The notes below the pieces were generated by a model. That model did not search any database. It was not told the DNA's origin and saw nothing but the letters and a program-made list of their open reading frames with translations. A DNA stretch of 38,014 bases, taken from IMG/VR virus record IMGVR_UViG_3300049828_000145, positions 1 through 38,014 of that record; one strand, given 5' to 3'. Below are positions 18,867 through 27,971 of this stretch, piece by piece. The translations under genes and the position numbers were made by a program. Within the stretch, counting starts at the first letter, position 1; every line of letters starts with the position of its first letter. Source of the DNA: a virus. Taxonomy: Duplodnaviria; Caudoviricetes.

Positions 18867-20357
18867 ATGATATTCGTAGCTAATTATGGGACACCTTTAA
18901 CAGCGGCACAAGCAACAGCTCTTAACTCTTTCGTTGCTCTTGCTACCACTCCAGCAGGTTATCACCTAGCTAAAGATTCTAATGGTGAATTTGTTAATAC
19001 CGCTGATACTGGAGGTGGTGGTGGTGTACCAGCAGGTTCTAACACTCAAATCCAGTTTAATGATAGTAGCGCGTTCGGAGCTGACGCTGACTTCACATGG
19101 AATAAAACCACGAATACTCTTGGCGTTGGTGCTTCTGGTGTTGTAAGTACAATTCAAGGTGGTCAAGAACTAAGAATTAACTCTGGTGGTGATGGATATA
19201 ACCTAGAATTGCTTGCTTCTTCTGGTACATCTGCTAGTTCTAGTGGTGGTAATATGACTTTTGATGCTGGTAATGCTAGTTCTACAGGAAGTGCGGCTGG
19301 TGGAGCTATAATGTTTTCTGCTGGTCTTGGTGGAAATAGTGGCGGCGGTACAGGAGCAGGTGGTATTGTTCAACTTCAAGCTGGTAATAGCTATGGTTCA
19401 ACACCTGGTGATGTCAACATAAACGCAGGTAATAGTCTTTCAGGTAATAACGCTGGTGGTAGTTTAAACCTATACGGTGGTAATGGTAATGGCTCTGGTC
19501 AAGGTGGTGAAGTTTTCCTTGAAGGTGGTACAGCAGGCTCTAGTGGAGATGGTGGTTTTGTCCAAGTTTCTGGAAGCAACGCAGGAACATCTGGGACTGG
19601 AACAGGTGGATGGCTTGGTTTATACGGAGGTTATGGAGGTAACGGAGGAACAAGTAACGGTGGTTATGTAGAAATTTTTGCAGGTGGAGCTGGTTCTACT
19701 GGTAATGGCAACGGAGGTAATGTAACACTTGGAGGTGGTGTAGCTAGAGGTTCAGGAACAGAAGGTGTTGTGAGAATACAAGACCCATCAAGTAGTTTCT
19801 ATGCTGTTTTTGATACAGGAACACTAGCAGCAACTAGAACATTCACATTTCCTAACGCTACAGGAACCTTAGCTCTTACTTCTGATATTCCTACAGCCGC
19901 TACTGCTTCTGATATTAACACGGGTACTTCTACTACTAAGTTCAATACTCCAGACGCTCTTGCTGGTTCTAATTTTGGTATTCGATATATTGTATTAGCT
20001 CTTAATGGTACTACCGCCCTTACTACTTCTGATAAAGCTTATGTGCGTATTCCTGCTGCTTATAACGGAATGAACCTTGTTACAGTAACTGGTTCTGTTG
20101 GTACAGGAGCTTCTGGTTCGTCTTCTTCTGGTATACCTACATTTACAGTAAGAAATGTTACAGATAACCAGCAAATGCTTTCAACATCATTGACTATAGA
20201 TGTTGGCGAATATACATCAGCAACAGCAGCAACACCTGTAGTAATTAACACTACTTATGACGACGTAGCTACAGACGATTTAATAGAAGTCGCAGTTACA
20301 ACATCAGGCACTGGTGTTACTTATGCAACTTTAACACTAGGATTTTCTTTGCCTTAA
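18867..20357 (+). CDS. glycine-rich tail fibre protein
   Basis: PAGSNTQIQFND motif; repeated GG-x-V-x-L-x-GG units; RTFTFPNATGT. Confidence 0.7.
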   Translation: MIFVANYGTPLTAAQATALNSFVALATTPAGYHLAKDSNGEFVNTADTGGGGGVPAGSNTQIQFNDSSAFGADADFTWNKTTNTLGVGASGVVSTIQGGQELRINSGGDGYNLELLASSGTSASSSGGNMTFDAGNASSTGSAAGGAIMFSAGLGGNSGGGTGAGGIVQLQAGNSYGSTPGDVNINAGNSLSGNNAGGSLNLYGGNGNGSGQGGEVFLEGGTAGSSGDGGFVQVSGSNAGTSGTGTGGWLGLYGGYGGNGGTSNGGYVEIFAGGAGSTGNGNGGNVTLGGGVARGSGTEGVVRIQDPSSSFYAVFDTGTLAATRTFTFPNATGTLALTSDIPTAATASDINTGTSTTKFNTPDALAGSNFGIRYIVLALNGTTALTTSDKAYVRIPAAYNGMNLVTVTGSVGTGASGSSSSGIPTFTVRNVTDNQQMLSTSLTIDVGEYTSATAATPVVINTTYDDVATDDLIEVAVTTSGTGVTYATLTLGFSLP

Positions 20358-20359
20358 AT

Positions 20360-20860
20360 ATGATTTGTAAAGAATGTAAAAAAGATAAGAGGAAATATTC
20401 AAGTGGCGTGTGTTCTACTTGCTACAGAAATAAGTATAACCAATCAGGAACTTGTGTAGAGTGTAATGGTAAAACCTGCAGACCAGCATACTTGCGGTGT
20501 ATAGGTTGCTCTAACAGAGTACAACCACGACATTTAGGGTATAAACATTCGTTGGAGGTAAGACAGAAAATAAAAGAAAATACACCTATTAAAATTGGTA
20601 AACAACACCCAAGATGGGCTGGTGGGAAAAGTAAATTTTGGAAAAACAAAGCAAAAGAAAGAGATAATTATACATGTCAGAAGTGTGGAATGGGTGATAA
20701 GGATATTCTAGTTGTAGACCACATTGTGCCGAGGTCAGTTCGCCCAGACCTTGATTGTGTTATTGATAACTTAATGACACTTTGCCCGAACTGTCACGCC
20801 AGAAAGACCATGTACGAAAAGAGAAACAATATTTATAAACTTAAATTCCAATTACCATAG
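20360..20860 (+). CDS. free-standing HNH (homing) endonuclease
   Basis: N-terminal CxxC repeats, NUMOD3-like GYKHSLEVRQKI, HPRWAGG, RDNYTCQKC...DHIVP...NLMTLCPNCH. Confidence 0.9.
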   Translation: MICKECKKDKRKYSSGVCSTCYRNKYNQSGTCVECNGKTCRPAYLRCIGCSNRVQPRHLGYKHSLEVRQKIKENTPIKIGKQHPRWAGGKSKFWKNKAKERDNYTCQKCGMGDKDILVVDHIVPRSVRPDLDCVIDNLMTLCPNCHARKTMYEKRNNIYKLKFQLP

Positions 20861-20861
20861 T

Positions 20862-22190
20862 ATGGCGATAACAGCACCAGTAGCATATTGGAAGTTAGAC
20901 GAATCATCAGGCAACGCAAGTGACAGCGTTGGGAGTTACACATTAACAAATAATAATACTGTTGCTTTTTCTTCTGGGAAGATAAACAACGGTGCAGATT
21001 TTGTTGATTCTTCTTCTGAGTATTTTAACGCATCAAGTAATATAATAACTGCAAATAGCGCACTCACGGTTGCTATGTGGGTCAAAGTATCAACCAGAAG
21101 TACAGATAGCCCACTTTGTGCACAATATACAAGTGCTGTAGCTGGTGTGTGGTGGTTTAATATTGCTTCTGGTGATTTTCTTAGTTTCTCACAGTATGAT
21201 GGAGGTTCAGTAAGAACTGCTACCGATAACGTAGACATAGTTGATGGGAACTGGCACTTTATTGTTTTGACAGTAAACTCTGCACATAACTCTGTGAAGT
21301 TTTCTACAGACGGCTCATCATTTAGAACTGTTGCCATAACAGCTGTTACTAATTGGGCGACACAAACGTTTACATTGGGTAAATATGGGACTGGTTCTTA
21401 TTTCAATGGTAGTATGGATGAGGTTGGTATCTGGAATACCGAACTAACAATAGACGAAGTACAAAAAATATATAATGCAAGTCGTGGTAATTCATATCCA
21501 TTTACAGACAACCTTACCACAAGTTTATTTGCTTATTACAAACTAGACGAATCTTCTGGTAACGCTTCTGACTCAAGTGGTAATGGTTATACACTAACTA
21601 ATAATGGCACAGTAACATACACCACAGGAAAGATAAATAATGGGGCATTGTTTGATAATACAATAGGTAAAAACCTAGACTATAACGGTAACTTAGGTTT
21701 CGCTGGAGGTGGTACAAGGACATACGCATGTTGGGTTAATGTTTCTTCTTTTTCTGCTACTGGGTATATATTAGACAACACAACCACAACAGCTGGCTCT
21801 GGTTCTGCTAATAAAAGATTTATTCTTTATAGTGAAAACGACAGCAAAATACACATGTATGCTGGAACTAACGAAGTACTGACTTCTGCTTTATCTACAG
21901 GAACTTGGTATTTTGTTGTTGTAACCCAGAACGGGACTACATGGGAACTGTTCTTAAATGGCACATCTCAAGGTACTACCTCTATGGGGTCTGCAACAAT
22001 ATCAGACAACTCTTTCAGAATAGGTGAATCACACGCTGGTGGTGGTGCTGGTAAATCTACAACAGACGAAGTCGGTATATGGGGAAGAGTTTTGACATCA
22101 TCAGAAATAACATCTTTATACAATTCTGGTACAGGTTTGTCTTATCCTTTTACAACATCAACCTTTGTGCCAAGAATAATAATGATGTAG
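20862..22190 (+). CDS. tandem LamG/concanavalin A-like lectin domain protein
   Basis: Two copies of AY(W/Y)KLDESSGNASDS...W(H/Y)F(I/V)V(L/V)T...DEVGIW...YN. Confidence 0.85.
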   Translation: MAITAPVAYWKLDESSGNASDSVGSYTLTNNNTVAFSSGKINNGADFVDSSSEYFNASSNIITANSALTVAMWVKVSTRSTDSPLCAQYTSAVAGVWWFNIASGDFLSFSQYDGGSVRTATDNVDIVDGNWHFIVLTVNSAHNSVKFSTDGSSFRTVAITAVTNWATQTFTLGKYGTGSYFNGSMDEVGIWNTELTIDEVQKIYNASRGNSYPFTDNLTTSLFAYYKLDESSGNASDSSGNGYTLTNNGTVTYTTGKINNGALFDNTIGKNLDYNGNLGFAGGGTRTYACWVNVSSFSATGYILDNTTTTAGSGSANKRFILYSENDSKIHMYAGTNEVLTSALSTGTWYFVVVTQNGTTWELFLNGTSQGTTSMGSATISDNSFRIGESHAGGGAGKSTTDEVGIWGRVLTSSEITSLYNSGTGLSYPFTTSTFVPRIIMM

Positions 22191-22193
22191 TTG

Positions 22194-22222
22194 TTTACAA
22201 AAACAAACTTTTATTGTATAAT
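22194..22222 (+). promoter_or_regulatory. sigma70 promoter, near-leaderless
   Basis: TTTACA(22194)-17 bp-TATAAT(22217); ATG 8 nt downstream. Confidence 0.75.
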
Positions 22223-22230
22223 ATTTAAAT

Positions 22231-24051
22231 ATGGCTATAGCTTATGGAGGTTCAGCAACTATAAACGTATATGGAACTTCTGGTTCTGGTACAATGTCTT
22301 TTTCTGGTTCAAACAGGTATGTTTTTGCTTTATCTACACAAGAATGTTCTGCCATAACAATAAATGGCGTATCAATGTCTATACTCAATAGTTACACCCC
22401 ACCTTCCTACGGTGGTAACGCTGCACCGCCTATTCGTGTTTGGGGGCTTGCTAACCCAACCACAGGCTCACAAACTGTTTCTGTTACATCTAGTGGAACA
22501 ACGTACTCTACCGCAGTTTTATTATCATATTATACAGGTGCTTCATCAACGCAACCTGATGCTTATAATACCAACGAAACAGGTACAAATACACAAACAA
22601 GTATTACAGACACCATAACAATAACGACAGACAGTTCTTGGCTTATATCATGTGTCGGTGCGTCAAACATGGGTAGTTCAGCTACGCTTGGGGCGGGCAC
22701 ATCAACAACGCTAAGACAACAAGTTAAAACAGACCTTGTAACAGGTTATTCTGTAGTAGACTCTAATGCTGCTAAAACCCCTACTGGTAGCTACTCACTA
22801 CAAACTACAACATCATCTGGGTCAGCAAGATTCGGTTCAATAATGTACTCTATTGAGCCTTATATTTCATATTCTTTCAGTGGGCCATCTTCAGGAAACG
22901 TTAACTCAGCATCTACTAACTTTACAGTTACTCCTGATGTAGCAATCACTGGTACTATTACTATCACACCTTCTGGTACTGGTTCAGCAGGACTATCACC
23001 AGTTGTGTTAAGTTTTAGTAACTCAGCGACACCACAGACTTTTACAATAACACCAACTACAGCTGGCAGCATTACACTAACACCAACCAACGGTCTAGGT
23101 CTTGACAACCCTTCTTCTCTAAGTTACACAGCTAATGCTGTAGTACCAGACGCTCCAACTATTGGAACAGCTATTCCAGGAAACACTCAAGCTACAGTAA
23201 ACTTCTCAGCTCCATCTAATACAGGTGGTGCACCAATAACAGAGTATCGAGCTACATCAACACCAGGTGGTTTTACAGCGACAGGAAGCTCATCTCCACT
23301 TGTAGTTACTGGTTTGTCTAATGGTACAGGGTATACATTCACAGTAAGAGCAACTAACTCAGCAGGTAACTCAGTAGAGTCATCAGCTTCTAACTCAGTT
23401 ACCCCGTATGTTTCTGCTACTTCTTTTACATTTACTGGGCCGTCTTCTGGTAATGTAAGGTCTGCATCAACAGATTTTACTGTTACTCCTAATGCTGTTT
23501 ACTATGGAACTATCACCATAACTCCAACAGGGGCTGGAAGTTCTGGTTTATCAGCAACAACTCTTACATGGAACGGTACATCTACTGCTCAGACATTCAC
23601 AATTACTCCTATAGAATCAGGTTCAATAACCTTGACACCAACCAATTCTAATGGTCTTTCAAATCCTTCCAACCTAACATACACAGCCAATGCTGTAGTA
23701 CCACTAGCACCACAAATAACACTTGTATCTGCTGGAGATTCTCAGGCATTTGTTTCAATAGGAGCTCCTAGTAACGATGGTGGTAGCGATGTAACTTCTT
23801 ACACAGTTACTTCTACGCCAGGCAGTTTCACAGCTGTTGCTACAACTGCCACCACTGTTACAGTTACTGGTTTAGAAAATGGTACCAGTTATACTTTTGT
23901 TGCGAAAGCTACAAACTCTATAGGAGATTCAGCCAATTCAGACGCATCTGACCCAGTAATACCAAGAGAAAGCTCTTCTGATTTCACGAACAACGCACCT
24001 AAGTTTGGCATATCTGGAGATGTGGGGAATGTTATTCAATTTAATATTTAA
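22231..24051 (+). CDS. fibronectin type III / Ig-like repeat virion protein
   Basis: Two FN3 domains (PDAP...VTGLSNGTGYTFTVRATNSAG; VTGLENGTSYTFVAKATNSIG) within a 185-aa tandem duplication. Confidence 0.85.
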   Translation: MAIAYGGSATINVYGTSGSGTMSFSGSNRYVFALSTQECSAITINGVSMSILNSYTPPSYGGNAAPPIRVWGLANPTTGSQTVSVTSSGTTYSTAVLLSYYTGASSTQPDAYNTNETGTNTQTSITDTITITTDSSWLISCVGASNMGSSATLGAGTSTTLRQQVKTDLVTGYSVVDSNAAKTPTGSYSLQTTTSSGSARFGSIMYSIEPYISYSFSGPSSGNVNSASTNFTVTPDVAITGTITITPSGTGSAGLSPVVLSFSNSATPQTFTITPTTAGSITLTPTNGLGLDNPSSLSYTANAVVPDAPTIGTAIPGNTQATVNFSAPSNTGGAPITEYRATSTPGGFTATGSSSPLVVTGLSNGTGYTFTVRATNSAGNSVESSASNSVTPYVSATSFTFTGPSSGNVRSASTDFTVTPNAVYYGTITITPTGAGSSGLSATTLTWNGTSTAQTFTITPIESGSITLTPTNSNGLSNPSNLTYTANAVVPLAPQITLVSAGDSQAFVSIGAPSNDGGSDVTSYTVTSTPGSFTAVATTATTVTVTGLENGTSYTFVAKATNSIGDSANSDASDPVIPRESSSDFTNNAPKFGISGDVGNVIQFNI

Positions 24052-24053
24052 GT

Positions 24054-25397
24054 ATGAACATAGTAATCAATCAAACACTAACAACAGGTAGAACCTATTT
24101 TTCTAGGGACACTGCACCAACAAACACAATACCAGTAGAAAACTCTGAACAACTACAGACAGCAAACGGTCTTATAGTGTTTGGTGTTATTGGTTCTCCT
24201 AATGCTGAACTAACACAGGTTTTGTCATCAAAAACTGCAACAACATTAACAATGGGTTCTAGTTTATCTTTTTCTCACTCTAAAGGAGAGCCTGTTCAGC
24301 AGGTTACTTTTAATAAAGTAGAGATTGAGTCAGCGACATCACCAACTGGGCCATTTACTGTACTTGACACTATTGATATTCAATGGGCTAGTGATAAAAC
24401 TGTTTATACAGACCCAGACGGTACTTCTACAACATACTACAGACAGAGATTCTATAACTCAGTTACCGCTGTATATTCTGATTACTCTAATGGTGGTGTT
24501 GGTGTAGCACAGACAGATATTACCTCTTCTACAGTTGGTGGTATTATACGTTCTGTAAGAGCTTCTACTGGTAACACAGACCTTAAAGATGAGTTCTTTA
24601 TTGATGCACTACAAGACGCTAGAGGTGTTCTTAATACTGAGTTTGGTTACGGTAGGTTAAACGAATGGAGACAAGAGTTTGAATATCCTATTCAGATGCT
24701 TGCTGGAACTAACTATGTTAATCTACCAGCAGACATAGACTTCAACGAAACAAATAGAACATTATTAAATGTCAGATACGGCCGTCAGTCTGTTTCAGCT
24801 AATGTGCCACTAACATACTGTGACAAGAGAGTTTGGAACCATCGCTCCTATGCTAACAGATATTCGTACACAAGTGGTGTAACACTTAGTGGTGCGACTT
24901 CAATCCAGTTAGAAACTACTGGTGATTTTCCTGCAAGTGGTACATTCTTCGTTGCTACAGAGTCTCCTACACAGTCAATAATGCAGGTTACATATACTGG
25001 CAATAACCTTGCTACTAACACCCTTACTGGGGTAACTGGCATTACTAGAGATATATCAAGTGGTGTACAGTGCTTTAGCCAGAGCACATTTACATTTCCG
25101 TGCTACTATACAGTGTTTGATGGAAAGATTTGGTTTGATAACCCAGTTCCTACTTCACTACAAGGGAAAAACATCCTTATTGATTACTATAAGAAGATTT
25201 CAGACCTTACAAACCTGTCAGACGAAATACCAGAACACTACAGAGATATATATAAGAACTACCTTAAGTTTGCCATTAAGAGACGTAGGGATGACACCAT
25301 TGGAGAGAATGACCCTGACTACCAGAGGTTTATAAACGGAGCTAAGAACATACTTGGCAGTCCTTGGACTGGACAAGAACAAATAATTGTACGCTAA
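24054..25397 (+). CDS. putative head-tail adaptor / tail tubular protein A-like with extra domains
   Basis: AGTNYVNLPAD...IWFDNPVP...IDYYKK...IPEHY pattern typical of podovirus adaptor proteins; precedes the nozzle-like gene. Confidence 0.55.
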   Translation: MNIVINQTLTTGRTYFSRDTAPTNTIPVENSEQLQTANGLIVFGVIGSPNAELTQVLSSKTATTLTMGSSLSFSHSKGEPVQQVTFNKVEIESATSPTGPFTVLDTIDIQWASDKTVYTDPDGTSTTYYRQRFYNSVTAVYSDYSNGGVGVAQTDITSSTVGGIIRSVRASTGNTDLKDEFFIDALQDARGVLNTEFGYGRLNEWRQEFEYPIQMLAGTNYVNLPADIDFNETNRTLLNVRYGRQSVSANVPLTYCDKRVWNHRSYANRYSYTSGVTLSGATSIQLETTGDFPASGTFFVATESPTQSIMQVTYTGNNLATNTLTGVTGITRDISSGVQCFSQSTFTFPCYYTVFDGKIWFDNPVPTSLQGKNILIDYYKKISDLTNLSDEIPEHYRDIYKNYLKFAIKRRRDDTIGENDPDYQRFINGAKNILGSPWTGQEQIIVR

Positions 25398-25398
25398 T

Positions 25399-26940
25399 AT
25401 GCCTAACAATATACCTAAAACTGCATACGATATACCATCTACACCTTTAAGGAAAGGGATGATTCAAGAAGAAGTAATGTCTTTTGAGGTAGCTCCAAAG
25501 GACTCTGTTGCGTGGTTAGAAAACGCTAGTGATGATACTCTTGGAGAGATTACTACACGTAGAGAGTTTGATTACAGGGGTACGATGTCTGCAACTGTTA
25601 CTAACGGAGCAATTTTCAACCAAATGTACAATTCAGATAAGGCTATTATGTATACACAGCAAGGAAGAGACCTTATACAACAAAACCTAATTTCTTCAGG
25701 TGGTACAGCAACATATTCTAACTTCTTTGCCAATACTAATAAGAACAGATATGACACACTACTTGGTGGTTACTTGTTAATGACAAACAACGGCAACACT
25801 CCAAGTGTGTACTATGCTACAGGTAATACATCAACCCCAACATCAATGGATACAGAGTTTCCTAACTCAGTTGATTTAATATCAGCTGGGTTTATTGGTC
25901 GTGTTTGGGGGGCTTCATCTAGTGGAGCTTCTCGTGTTTATTATTCTGATGTACTACCAGCAGATTGGCCTTCCACAGCACTCACGACAGCGGCGCAACA
26001 GTATCTTACAATAAACACTAGAGGTGAAGCAATCAGAGCGTTGGTTCAAACCCCATCTATTTTATACGTGTTTTCTAATAACTATATATTCAGGATAGCT
26101 AATGTAAACTCTGTAGAAAATTCACCTTTGTATAACGTAGGCACGGTATCACAGGAGTCTGTCGTAAAAACACGAGATGGTTACTATTTTTACCATTACT
26201 CAGGTATTTACTTCTTAAGCAATAGTGGTGCTTTGCAACCAGTGTCAGACCAGATTTACTACCTAATTAAAAGTGTTCCAGTTACTTCAAAGAAAAGTGT
26301 TTTTGGGTGGAGTAAAGATAAGTGGGTATATTTCTACCTAGGAAATCTTACTGGTAGAGATAGTAATAAATACTATACCATTAAACTTAACACATATACT
26401 GGGTCATGGTCACTAATATCCACAAGAACAGCTATAACATGTGCTATACAGGGTGCGTTGTCAGAGTTTGGGGCAACAGAAACATCAACAACAGAAGACT
26501 GGTACCCAGCTAGTGTTGTATTTAATTCTGATAACGTATACGCTACTTTAGATGTCGTGTCGCCATCAACTGACGGGCAAGACACCTACGGTGATTTTAA
26601 ATCATCTGGGAATATAGCAGAAAATATATTCGTAGACGTTGTGTCCCATTGGGAAACTTTTGAGAACGAAAGAATGTACAAACAAATTAACGGCTTGTCA
26701 ATAGCTCATGAGAAAGCGTCTGGGTTTAGTTTATTTGTCCAGTATGACAACGATAACGAAAGTACATGGCATGATGTTGGTGTATTAAACAGTGAATACA
26801 TTACATTGTTCAGAGATTTCAAGTCAGAAGGATTTTATAGATGTAGGTTTAGGGTAACTGGTATTACAACTGGTACGCGTGTAAAGTTTAGTATGCCAAC
26901 AGTTCTTGAGTTAGATAATCTAGGATTTAAACATGGATAA
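25399..26940 (+). CDS. putative tail nozzle / tubular protein B (beta-propeller)
   Basis: ~513 aa; RVYYSD and VGTVSQESVV...YYFY...GIY blades resemble P22 gp10/T7 gp12-like proteins; start set at the first ATG. Confidence 0.6.
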   Translation: MPNNIPKTAYDIPSTPLRKGMIQEEVMSFEVAPKDSVAWLENASDDTLGEITTRREFDYRGTMSATVTNGAIFNQMYNSDKAIMYTQQGRDLIQQNLISSGGTATYSNFFANTNKNRYDTLLGGYLLMTNNGNTPSVYYATGNTSTPTSMDTEFPNSVDLISAGFIGRVWGASSSGASRVYYSDVLPADWPSTALTTAAQQYLTINTRGEAIRALVQTPSILYVFSNNYIFRIANVNSVENSPLYNVGTVSQESVVKTRDGYYFYHYSGIYFLSNSGALQPVSDQIYYLIKSVPVTSKKSVFGWSKDKWVYFYLGNLTGRDSNKYYTIKLNTYTGSWSLISTRTAITCAIQGALSEFGATETSTTEDWYPASVVFNSDNVYATLDVVSPSTDGQDTYGDFKSSGNIAENIFVDVVSHWETFENERMYKQINGLSIAHEKASGFSLFVQYDNDNESTWHDVGVLNSEYITLFRDFKSEGFYRCRFRVTGITTGTRVKFSMPTVLELDNLGFKHG

Positions 26941-27247
26941 AGTATTAGCCTTTCCACAACCGAATATCTATGCCTTTGGTTATGTAACAAGTGCTGGTGC
27001 GCAGGATTTAACTAGGTTTTTCCTCCCAACTGAAATGAGTGTGACAAAAACAGGTACAGGAGTGTATAAAATATCCCACAAAATAGGATATTCTAACAGA
27101 TATACTATATTAGCAACCCCAGTTGATTCAGCCGCAAAAATTACAGGCATATACAACATTAACGCAGACGATGTAGAGGTTAGAACGTTTGACCAAGCTG
27201 GAACAGCTACAGACACAGCCTTTACATTTGTCATTTTTATTTTATAG
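26933..27247 (+). CDS. small tail-tip/fibre-like protein
   Basis: SVTKTGTGVYKISH...DTAFTF motif common in fibre C-terminal domains. Confidence 0.5.
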   Translation: MDKVLAFPQPNIYAFGYVTSAGAQDLTRFFLPTEMSVTKTGTGVYKISHKIGYSNRYTILATPVDSAAKITGIYNINADDVEVRTFDQAGTATDTAFTFVIFIL

Positions 27248-27256
27248 TGATATAAT
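27228..27256 (+). promoter_or_regulatory. extended -10 sigma70 promoter, leaderless
   Basis: TTGTCA(27228)-17 bp-TATAAT(27251) with TGn; ATG 6 nt downstream. Confidence 0.8.
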
Positions 27257-27262
27257 ACTTTT

Positions 27263-27970
27263 ATGAACTCGTCAAGTAACCTCTCTATGCTTAACTGGGC
27301 TTTGAACCAGCCAGCATTTCAAAATCTTCCAGAAGCTGAAGTAATAAGAACACTTATCGCAACAGGAGACCCTCGTGTTGGGGCTGTTTCTATGGGTCTT
27401 GGTACTTATATTACACAAGACCAGTTTAAGAGCTATATGCAAGCGTCTGCAAAAGACATTGACCCTTACTATAAGACAGAAAAAGATGTAACACAGAAAA
27501 GACTAGAAGGAGATGTGTCTAACGTGCAAGAGCAATATGCAGGTAATGTAGAAGCTCTTAATCAGAGTTTAATGGCAGCTAAAGAGCAACAGGACTCTGA
27601 TGAGGGTGTGCAAGGAACTTGGGCTAGTTCTGCAAGACAGGAACGGCTTAATTCACTAGCTAATAAGTATAATCTCCAGTATAGAAATCTGTATAACCAA
27701 GCCAAAAACTCACTTGGCAATACACTCACGGAAGCTAACTATAACCTAGGAGAAGGTAGTATACCATCCACAAATGTACAACAATTCGGTACTAACCTGT
27801 CTCAAACTTCGCCAGCTCAAGTATCTTCTCTTGAGACTTATAAGTATAACCCTTTCCAGACCGCAGGGAACCTAGCTAAGAACCAGTATACTTCTACACA
27901 AACAAGAGCAAGAGACCTAATGGCTCGTGATTACTATAACCCTTTTAAAAACATTAAGTCAGGACTATAA
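27263..27970 (+). CDS. putative internal virion (ejection) protein 1
   Basis: Q/N/A/Y-rich helical protein after the tail genes. Confidence 0.5.
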   Translation: MNSSSNLSMLNWALNQPAFQNLPEAEVIRTLIATGDPRVGAVSMGLGTYITQDQFKSYMQASAKDIDPYYKTEKDVTQKRLEGDVSNVQEQYAGNVEALNQSLMAAKEQQDSDEGVQGTWASSARQERLNSLANKYNLQYRNLYNQAKNSLGNTLTEANYNLGEGSIPSTNVQQFGTNLSQTSPAQVSSLETYKYNPFQTAGNLAKNQYTSTQTRARDLMARDYYNPFKNIKSGL

Positions 27971-27971
27971 T

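Noticed and set aside
12629-24051. Diversity-generating retroelement acting on fibre genes
   Set aside because: No reverse transcriptase; duplicated domains differ at all base types, not only adenines
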